Origin: a virus
Taxonomy: Duplodnaviria; Heunggongvirae; Uroviricota; Caudoviricetes
Strand: one strand, 5' to 3'
Length of the DNA stretch: 4,647 bases
IMG/VR virus record: IMGVR_UViG_2657245521_000007
The notes beneath the pieces are model-generated. The model saw only the letters and a program-made list of their open reading frames with translations, did not search any database and was not told the origin of the DNA. This document shows, piece by piece, positions 1 through 4,647 of this stretch. Positions within the stretch are counted from its first letter, which is position 1, and every line of letters starts with the position of its first letter. A program made the position numbers and the translations under genes.

Positions 1-2
1 AT

Positions 3-53
3 GCCAGCGAACAGCTGGAGGCGTTGGAGGCATACTTCGAAAATTTTGCGTAA
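3..53 (+). CDS. Possible 3' end of a CDS that starts beyond the left window edge; product unknown
   Basis: Frame 3 is open from the window edge to TAA at 51-53 and translates as ASEQLEALEAYFENFA with E. coli-like codons (GAA, CAG, CTG, GCG). Too short to identify. The position matches where lambda carries a gene upstream of bor on the same strand. Confidence 0.2.
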   Translation, partial: ASEQLEALEAYFENFA

Positions 54-218
54 ACAGAAATAAAGAGCTGACAGAACTATGTTCGAACAGTGGATCCTTC
101 GCATCTGACATACATTAATAAATATTAACAATATGAGATTTCAACTCATTGTTTAGGGTTTGTTTAATTTTCTACACATACGATTCTGCGAACTTCAAAA
201 AGCATCGGGAATAACACC

Positions 219-512
219 ATGAAAAAAATGCTACTCGCTACTGCGCTGGCCCTGCTTATTACAGGATGTGCCCAACAGACGTTTACTGTTCAAAACAAAC
301 CGGCAGCAGTAACACCAAAGGAAACCATCACCCACCATTTCTTCGTCTCTGGAATTGGGCAGAAGAAAACTGTCGATGCAGCTAAAATTTGTGGCGGCGC
401 AGAAAATGTTGTTAAAACAGAAACCCAGCAAACATTCGTAAATGGATTGCTCGGTTTTATTACTTTAGGCATTTATACTCCGCTGGAAGCGCGTGTGTAT
501 TGCTCACAATAA
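219..512 (+). CDS. bor: Bor outer-membrane lipoprotein (serum-resistance moron, Iss homologue)
   Basis: 97-aa ORF with a lipoprotein signal peptide and lipobox LITGC. The sequence is near-identical to phage lambda Bor as I recall it. It is on the strand opposite the lysis genes, as in lambda, with an AT-rich upstream region (about 111-180). Confidence 0.92.
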   Translation: MKKMLLATALALLITGCAQQTFTVQNKPAAVTPKETITHHFFVSGIGQKKTVDAAKICGGAENVVKTETQQTFVNGLLGFITLGIYTPLEARVYCSQ

Positions 513-522
513 TTGCATGAGT

Positions 523-540
523 TGCCCATCGATATGGGCA
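523..540. terminator. Palindromic hairpin between convergent bor and Rz (possible bidirectional terminator or mRNA 3' stabiliser)
   Basis: Perfect palindrome TGCCCAT-CGAT-ATGGGCA (7-bp stem) lying between the bor stop (510-512) and the Rz stop (544-546). No clear U-tract on either strand, so any terminator function is weak or factor-dependent. Confidence 0.25.
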
Positions 541-543
541 GCT

Positions 544-1005
544 CTATCTGCACTGCTCATTAATATACTTCTGGGTTCCTTCCAGTTGTTTTTGCATAGT
601 GATCAGCCTCTCTCTGAGGGTGAAATAATCCCGTTCAGCGGTGTCTGCCAGTCGGGGGGAGGCTGCATTATCCACGCCGGAGGCGGTGGTGGCTTCACGC
701 ACTGACTGACAGACTGCTTTGATGTGCAACCGACGACGACCAGCGGCAACATCATCACGCAGAGCATCATTTTCAGCTTTCGCATCAGCTAACTCCTTCG
801 TGTATTTTGCATCGAGCGCAGCAACATCACGCTGACGCATCTGCATGTCAGTAATTGCCACGTTCGCCAGCTTCAGTTCTCTGGCATTTTTGTCGCGCTG
901 GGCTTTGTAGGTAATGGCGTTATCACGGTAATGATTAACAGCCCATGACAGGCAGACGATGATGCAGATGAGCAGAGCGGAGATAATCGCGGTTAATCTG
1001 CTCAT
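544..1005 (-). CDS. Rz: Rz spanin, inner-membrane subunit (i-spanin)
   Basis: 153-aa ORF with an N-terminal transmembrane segment and a charged, coiled-coil-like periplasmic domain. Length and sequence match lambda Rz as recalled. ATGA overlap with the R stop. Confidence 0.9.
   Translation of the reverse strand: MSRLTAIISALLICIIVCLSWAVNHYRDNAITYKAQRDKNARELKLANVAITDMQMRQRDVAALDAKYTKELADAKAENDALRDDVAAGRRRLHIKAVCQSVREATTASGVDNAASPRLADTAERDYFTLRERLITMQKQLEGTQKYINEQCR
603..785 (-). CDS. Rz1: Rz1 spanin, outer-membrane lipoprotein subunit (o-spanin), embedded in the +1 frame of Rz
   Basis: 60-aa ORF entirely inside Rz in a different frame. It has a signal peptide with lipobox VVGC and a proline-rich mature part (PPPPP, PPP). 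A strong Shine-Dalgarno AAGGAG sits 7 nt upstream of the ATG. Matches lambda Rz1 as recalled. Confidence 0.85.
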   Translation of the reverse strand: MRKLKMMLCVMMLPLVVVGCTSKQSVSQCVKPPPPPAWIMQPPPDWQTPLNGIISPSERG

Positions 1006-1478
1006 ACCTCAATCTCTCTGACCGTTCCGCCTGCTTCTTTGAATTTTGCAATCAAACTGTCAACCTTATGCTCGAACTGACCATAACCAGCACCCGGCAG
1101 TGAAGCCCAGATATTGCTGCAACGGTCGATTGCCTGACGAATATCACCGCGATCAATCATCGGTAAAGCGCCACGCTCTTTAATCTGCTGCAATGCCACT
1201 GCGTCCTGGCTATTGGGGGAAAAGTCTTTCAAACCAAGCTGTTTACAGTAAGCATCCCACCACCGGGAAAGAATCTGGTAGCGTCCAGCAGCCGTTGATT
1301 TAAGTTTTGGGTTTAGCGTGACAAGTTTGCGAGGATGATCGGAGTAATCAGTGAATAGCTCACCACCTACAATAACGTCGTAGCCGTGATTGCGGGTTGG
1401 CTGTCGCCCGTTATCCGTTCCTTCTGACCACGCCAACATATCGAGGAAAGCTTTACGCTGAGGATTAAGATTTAGCAT
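1002..1478 (-). CDS. R: Endolysin, lambda R-type lytic transglycosylase
   Basis: 158-aa ORF. From residue 7 onward ([20 protein letters not shown]..., [19 protein letters not shown]...) it is near-identical to lambda R as recalled, with a divergent N-terminus. It sits between holin and Rz as in lambda. Confidence 0.92.
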   Translation of the reverse strand: MLNLNPQRKAFLDMLAWSEGTDNGRQPTRNHGYDVIVGGELFTDYSDHPRKLVTLNPKLKSTAAGRYQILSRWWDAYCKQLGLKDFSPNSQDAVALQQIKERGALPMIDRGDIRQAIDRCSNIWASLPGAGYGQFEHKVDSLIAKFKEAGGTVREIEV

Positions 1479-1782
1479 TTTTCACCCCTGTCAGTCGTTC
1501 CCAGAAGTATGTCAGTGCAACCGAACCCATCGCACCACTAATCCCCGCTGTCGCGAGAATCATGTAAATACTGAATCCACTTTCGATACTGTTCAGGCCA
1601 CCAATAACACCGGTGAATCCCGACACCACTATCTGAGCCAAAGCATTTATCCAGCTCCACGTTGCTTTACTCTGCTTCACATCTATCAGGTAGCGGACCA
1701 GACCGCCCCAACCTGCGATGATCAGCAAAACGAGCCAGAACGCTCCGGCAAGGCTCTCTTTTTCGTGCATATGAATAGCCAA
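1465..1782 (-). CDS. Holin (three predicted transmembrane segments, class I topology; not lambda S-like in sequence)
   Basis: Small ORF immediately upstream of the endolysin, overlapping it by 14 nt. It has three hydrophobic segments (about residues 10-32, 42-64, 70-95) and a charged C-terminal tail ([11 protein letters not shown]). The ORF-track start at 1782 is TTG; an in-frame ATG lies at 1770 (MHEKESL...), so the true start is ambiguous. Confidence 0.75.
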   Translation of the reverse strand: MAIHMHEKESLAGAFWLVLLIIAGWGGLVRYLIDVKQSKATWSWINALAQIVVSGFTGVIGGLNSIESGFSIYMILATAGISGAMGSVALTYFWERLTGVKNAKS

Positions 1783-1884
1783 TGTTTCGCCGCCGACAAA
1801 AGGCCGGGACGTTAAATGTCAGAAATCAGGCTCACGGGGTAATTTAACGACAAAGCACGGAGTTGATGCTCCCCGCAAGCCTGG

Positions 1885-1910
1885 AATAAAAAAGCCAGCA
1901 TGTAGCTGGC
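1885..1910 (-). terminator. Intrinsic terminator, minus strand (second of two in the Q-S spacer)
   Basis: Minus-strand RNA reads GCCAGC-UACAU-GCUGGC (6-bp stem, 5-nt loop) followed directly by UUUUUUAUU. Stem at plus 1894-1910, A-run at 1888-1893. Confidence 0.45.
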
Positions 1911-1987
1911 AACAGAGGGTTAAGCAATATCAACTCAACAGCTGAAGACACCCTGGCTGGGGTACGTTGGAAGGATACTCACCGCCC

Positions 1988-2022
1988 AGAAACAGAAAAG
2001 CCCAAGGCTTTAAACCTCGGGC
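1988..2022 (-). terminator. Intrinsic terminator, minus strand (first of two in the Q-S spacer; tR'-like)
   Basis: Minus-strand RNA reads GCCCGAGG-UUUAAAG-CCUUGGGC (8-bp stem including one G.U pair) followed by UUUUCUGUUUCU. It lies about 70 nt downstream of the Q-like stop codon. Confidence 0.4.
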
Positions 2023-2079
2023 TTGAATTTGGATTACTGCCAGTGCGTACAACATTGGCAAAATATCAGATTTACATAA

Positions 2080-2108
2080 AATATATGATTTTTAATCCAG
2101 TTTTGCAA
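2080..2108 (-). promoter_or_regulatory. Candidate sigma-70 late promoter (pR'-like) overlapping the 3' end of the Q-like gene
   Basis: On the minus strand, TTGCAA (-35, plus 2103-2108), a 17-nt spacer, then TATATT (-10, plus 2080-2085). Its position just upstream of the two terminators and the lysis genes mirrors lambda pR'/qut/tR'. Hexamer match only; not tested. Confidence 0.3.
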
Positions 2109-2781
2109 TATCTTGCTGTGAAAATGTGGTCTTTTGTTTTGAACGTGTTTTCGTTAAAAGCAATAAAGCTTGGCTATCAAGCTGTAGAAAAATGTGCTTC
2201 ATTGCAACCCAGCGTTCAGTAAATGTCTCAGACCAGTTTTTTGATGTCACTCCCACCAGTGATGCCAACTCCTGGTATTCATAGGTCTTACGCCCTGCCA
2301 GCTCGTTCTTCACATCCTGTGCCGCCAGCCAGATCAACTTCTTCAAACGTTCCAGTGTCTTACCTGCAATTTTCCTGGTACCCAACAGAGTCTTAAACTC
2401 GCTCCATGCCCACTGCGTTATGGTGACCTGATGTTCCCAGCGAACACTTTCGCTGTAACTCCACAGCAACCACGCTTTCTGATGTTCTTCGAGAGACAGA
2501 ACCGCGCGGCGCCATGATGATGTTGAGAACTCGATCGGACTGACCAGGGCAATGGATGAGCCTTTCGCCCGTGACTGCTTACCGGGTATCGGCGGATTAT
2601 CCAGCGTTATTAACCTGCCGGTCACTTCATCCAGAATGCGCGGTTTCTTTCGTTTGTATGTACCGGTATCAAATTGCGCATGCTCCTGCCAGGCCACCAA
2701 CTGCCCTTTCGTCGCACCACTCAGATCGGCGGTGGCCACCATGAGCTGCTCGCGAACAAACTGTAAATATTGGGTATTCAT
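2092..2781 (-). CDS. Putative late-gene antiterminator (Q-like), family unassigned
   Basis: 229-aa ORF in the position Q occupies in lambdoid phages: directly downstream of rusA/ylcG and upstream of a promoter-terminator spacer and the lysis cassette. ATGA overlap with the ylcG stop. The sequence is not lambda Q (no cysteines, so no zinc finger; Trp-rich). The call is by position and size, not by recognised homology. Confidence 0.55.
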   Translation of the reverse strand: MNTQYLQFVREQLMVATADLSGATKGQLVAWQEHAQFDTGTYKRKKPRILDEVTGRLITLDNPPIPGKQSRAKGSSIALVSPIEFSTSSWRRAVLSLEEHQKAWLLWSYSESVRWEHQVTITQWAWSEFKTLLGTRKIAGKTLERLKKLIWLAAQDVKNELAGRKTYEYQELASLVGVTSKNWSETFTERWVAMKHIFLQLDSQALLLLTKTRSKQKTTFSQQDIAKLD

Positions 2782-2918
2782 GCGGCCGCTCCTTTCAGTG
2801 TTTTGGCGTAATTTTTCAGTATTCGGTAATCAGTCACGACAGAACCGGAAAACCGGTACAACCGCAGGCGCATCCAGCGAAGGCGGAGGTGTTCTGTGAT
2901 ATAAGATTCAAACGTCAT
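2778..2918 (-). CDS. ylcG: Small protein YlcG-like (46 aa), not in the ORF track
   Basis: My translation of the minus strand gives [50 protein letters not shown] overlap with the rusA stop (ATG at 2918-2916) and ATGA overlap with the Q-like start. Size and position match ylcG of the E. coli DLP12 prophage (between rusA and the Q gene). Confidence 0.5.
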   Translation of the reverse strand: MTFESYITEHLRLRWMRLRLYRFSGSVVTDYRILKNYAKTLKGAAA

Positions 2919-3277
2919 TCGCCCTCCAGTTCTGTAATGGTCAGCTCCAGCTTCCCGCCTTTAACGATCGGCATCTTCACAACGCGGTAATCAACAACCT
3001 GCGCATCATCCAGCCAGAAACCTGCTTTAGTAAGTGCGTCAAAAGCGGCTTTTTGCAGATTATCCAGGTCACGGCGACGGCGATCCGGCATGTGGCACTC
3101 AATGCGGATTTTCACTGGCATAGCCAGGCCGATATCCAGCATGGAGCCTTTGATGATTCGGGCGACGTTATCGCGGTATGCTTGCCCCTCTGCGCTGATG
3201 TGCGTGCGCCCGCGATTATGGCGGTAATAGCGATTATTGCTCGGAGGCCAGGGTAATGTGATGCTGTAGGTATTCAC
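2915..3277 (-). CDS. rusA: RusA Holliday-junction resolvase (crossover junction endodeoxyribonuclease)
   Basis: 120-aa ORF starting [24 protein letters not shown]..., near-identical to E. coli prophage RusA as recalled. ATGA overlap with the ybcO stop. Confidence 0.93.
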   Translation of the reverse strand: MNTYSITLPWPPSNNRYYRHNRGRTHISAEGQAYRDNVARIIKGSMLDIGLAMPVKIRIECHMPDRRRRDLDNLQKAAFDALTKAGFWLDDAQVVDYRVVKMPIVKGGKLELTITELEGE

Positions 3278-3564
3278 GCCTTAATAACCCCCTCTTTCAG
3301 CCAGATAACCTGTGTTCTCGCCATACCTTCCAGCGCGCATTCTTTTGCATATCCAGCGTCAACAAAATGCGTGCGACGGTCGATCTCGTCGTGACAGGCA
3401 GAACATGCAATGGTGGCAATAAGGTCTGGCAGTTTAATACCGGTGCCGCACAATCCAGCCAGCCGGATATGTGCCAGTACAGACGTTTCAGAATTGCCAT
3501 TACATACGCCAGGGATTCTTACCTGGCATTCCCGACCACGCGCTGCTTTTCTCAAATCAGCCAT
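3274..3564 (-). CDS. ybcO: YbcO-like DUF1364 protein (Cys-rich, putative metal-binding nuclease)
   Basis: The ORF-track start at 3603 is a TTG. The in-frame ATG at 3564 ([14 protein letters not shown]...) is preceded by a strong Shine-Dalgarno AAGGAGGAG and gives 96 aa, the size of DLP12 YbcO. Conserved cysteines: CQVRIPGVC and CSACH. Confidence 0.85.
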   Translation of the reverse strand: MADLRKAARGRECQVRIPGVCNGNSETSVLAHIRLAGLCGTGIKLPDLIATIACSACHDEIDRRTHFVDAGYAKECALEGMARTQVIWLKEGVIKA

Positions 3565-3727
3565 GACTCCTCCTTGCTGCCAGTCGCAACCATTTTTTAT
3601 CAACCAGGCTGGCGGTATATCCGAGCAGTGTTGGTATTTCGGATGGCTTCAGCTCAGGCTTACGCTTACGACGATTTGGTACTCTGTAGATGTGTCCGTT
3701 CATGACACGAATAAGCGGTGTAGCCAT
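3557..3727 (-). CDS. ninE: NinE-like small protein (56 aa), not in the ORF track
   Basis: My translation of the minus strand gives [56 protein letters not shown], matching lambdoid NinE as recalled. The ATG overlaps the ybcN stop (TAATG) and the 3' end overlaps the ybcO start by 8 nt. Confidence 0.75.
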   Translation of the reverse strand: MATPLIRVMNGHIYRVPNRRKRKPELKPSEIPTLLGYTASLVDKKWLRLAARRSHG

Positions 3728-4182
3728 TACGCCTCCTGCTTGTCGCGCAGCAGCTGGAACTCGCAGCTCTGCGGAATAGTCAGGTTGCAGCCAATATTCA
3801 TCGCCCAGGCTTCAACCTTACACAGGAAGACATACATCTCTCCGGTATCAAGATCGGAGGTATGGCGTAACGACTGGATAGTAGTGATTTCGCCGGTTAC
3901 GACATCAACCAGGTCCTTGGTTTCATAACCGAGGTATGTGTGTTTGAGAGCATCTTTTACCCATGCTGCGGTAGCGAACGATTTCCCCCTGCTGATGAGG
4001 TATTCACTGATTTCGCTGTACCACATATGGCTGAGTGCATTCTGGGAAAGACTGCGTTTCTCTCGCCACGGTTTAAGCACCATGCGAAAGCATTTGCCTT
4101 CCTCCAGATAAGGCTGGATCTGCTGGCCGATAGCGGTGAAGTTGCCGCGATGTAATTTGATGCCGTCTTGTGAGAGGTTCAC
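3727..4182 (-). CDS. ybcN: YbcN-like DUF1367 protein (reported DNA base-flipping protein)
   Basis: 151-aa ORF starting [19 protein letters not shown]..., matching DLP12 YbcN as recalled. The start codon is GTG at 4182-4180, preceded by Shine-Dalgarno GGAGGT. Confidence 0.88.
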   Translation of the reverse strand: MNLSQDGIKLHRGNFTAIGQQIQPYLEEGKCFRMVLKPWREKRSLSQNALSHMWYSEISEYLISRGKSFATAAWVKDALKHTYLGYETKDLVDVVTGEITTIQSLRHTSDLDTGEMYVFLCKVEAWAMNIGCNLTIPQSCEFQLLRDKQEA

Positions 4183-4280
4183 GCTTCACCTCCGCAGAGC
4201 TCAAACGCTAGATGCAAAGAATTGCAGGTGCATTTCTGCATCTGTGAAGGGAGAAGAGAGTTTGGATTGTATGTGCGCAT
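4179..4280 (-). CDS. ylcH: Small ORF, YlcH-like (33 aa), not in the ORF track
   Basis: Minus-strand ATG at 4280-4278 with GGGGA 6 nt upstream; translation [33 protein letters not shown]; stop TGA overlaps the ybcN GTG start (GTGA). Size and position (directly upstream of ybcN) match ylcH of DLP12. Support is weak because the ORF is short. Confidence 0.4.
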   Translation of the reverse strand: MRTYNPNSLLPSQMQKCTCNSLHLAFELCGGEA

Positions 4281-4303
4281 AAACGTCCCCGTTTAGCGCA
4301 GAA

Positions 4304-4332
4304 GTCACCGGAGTTGTTCAGGCTCCGGTGAC
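4304..4332. terminator. Perfect 10-bp stem-loop in the 22-bp gap between the rusA operon and the IS2 end
   Basis: GTCACCGGAG-TTGTTCAGG-CTCCGGTGAC (10-bp perfect stem, 9-nt loop). On the plus strand it is followed by AU-rich ATAATTATG; on the minus strand by UUCUG. It could be a nin-region tR-type terminator or a protein-binding palindrome. Confidence 0.3.
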
Positions 4333-4354
4333 ATAATTATGCCGTGTTGATTTC

Positions 4355-4647
4355 TAGACTGGCCCCCTGAATCTCCAGACAACCAGTATCACTTAAATAA
4401 GTGATAGTCTTAATACTAGTTTTTAGACTAGTCATTGGAGAACAGATGATTGATGTCTTAGGGCCGGAGAAACGCAGACGGCGTACCACACAGGAAAAGA
4501 TCGCAATTGTTCAGCAGAGCTTTGAACCGGGGATGACGGTCTCCCTCGTTGCCCGGCAACATGGTGTAGCAGCCAGCCAGTTATTTCTCTGGCGTAAGCA
4601 ATACCAGGAAGGAAGTCTTACTGCTGTCGCCGCCGGAGAACAGGTTG
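4355..4647 (+). mobile_element. IS2 insertion sequence (IS3 family), orfA-proximal end, continuing beyond the right window edge
   Basis: Terminal sequence TAGACTGGCCCCCTGAATCTCCAGACAACC... followed by the IS2 orfA leader and ATG, matching the IS2 end as recalled. The element boundary is uncertain by a few bp. Only about 290 bp of the 1.3-kb element is in the window. Confidence 0.9.
4446..4647 (+). CDS. insC: IS2 transposase OrfA (InsC), 5' part; CDS continues beyond the window
   Basis: Translation [67 protein letters not shown] matches IS2 InsC as recalled (helix-turn-helix region). Shine-Dalgarno GGAG lies 6 nt upstream of the ATG. Confidence 0.92.

Noticed and set aside
231-472. Two minus-strand ORFs (231..431 and 290..472, 66 and 60 aa) inside bor
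   Set aside because: They are antisense to a confidently identified gene (bor), have no ribosome-binding site and give low-complexity translations. They are shadow ORFs.
493-705. Plus-strand 70-aa ORF overlapping the 3' part of Rz
   Set aside because: It is antisense to Rz and Rz1, and its Gly/Cys-rich translation is a mirror artefact of the proline-rich Rz1 frame.
1930-2055. 41-aa minus-strand ORF (MLYALAVIQIQARG...) inside the Q-S spacer
   Set aside because: It has no Shine-Dalgarno and runs straight through the first terminator hairpin. It is more plausibly non-coding leader RNA.
1783-2091. tRNA genes or a toxin (stx-like) moron between Q and S, as seen in Stx phages
   Set aside because: The spacer is only 309 bp, contains no T-loop/D-loop tRNA signature and no ORF with translation signals. 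It is filled by the promoter and terminators.
2552-2899. Plus-strand ORFs (115 and 62 aa) antisense to the Q-like gene and ylcG
   Set aside because: Antisense shadow ORFs with Cys/Ser/Arg-rich composition and no translation signals.
3565-3603. N-terminal extension of ybcO to the ORF-track start at 3603
   Set aside because: The start at 3603 is a TTG with no ribosome-binding site, whereas the ATG at 3564 has a near-perfect Shine-Dalgarno and gives the expected 96-aa protein. The extension would also overlap ninE extensively.
3053-3928. ORFs 3053..3256(+), 3297..3500(-), 3367..3705(+) and 3410..3928(+) overlapping rusA, ybcO, ninE and ybcN
   Set aside because: All are antisense to, or out of frame within, genes identified by strong sequence recognition. 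None has a start context.
3940-4155. Plus-strand 71-aa ORF inside ybcN
   Set aside because: Antisense to ybcN; no support.
1-4647. CRISPR array, tandem repeats, or an undescribed defence or other novel system
   Set aside because: No direct-repeat arrays were seen, and every ORF of meaningful size is accounted for by recognisable lambdoid late-region, lysis or IS2 functions. There is no unexplained coding capacity in this window.

Overview
This window is a lambdoid prophage late-regulatory and lysis region of enterobacterial (E. coli-like) type, read here mostly on the minus strand, and bounded at the right edge by an IS2 element. I found no novel system; the window is fully explained by known phage modules plus the IS2. 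Gene order on the minus strand, from high to low coordinate, is: ylcH-like small ORF, ybcN, ninE, ybcO, rusA, ylcG, a Q-like antiterminator candidate, a 309-bp regulatory spacer, holin S, endolysin R, and Rz with Rz1 embedded. The bor lipoprotein gene lies on the plus strand, convergent with Rz. The spacer between Q and S carries a candidate late promoter and two intrinsic terminators. All identifications rest on reading the translated ORFs and recalling known protein sequences; no database search or folding computation was run. The most interesting points are the cysteine-free Q-like protein of uncertain family, the compact promoter-plus-two-terminator architecture, the mosaic lysis cassette (lambda-type R/Rz/Rz1/bor with a non-lambda holin), and the IS2 insertion directly upstream of the rusA operon.
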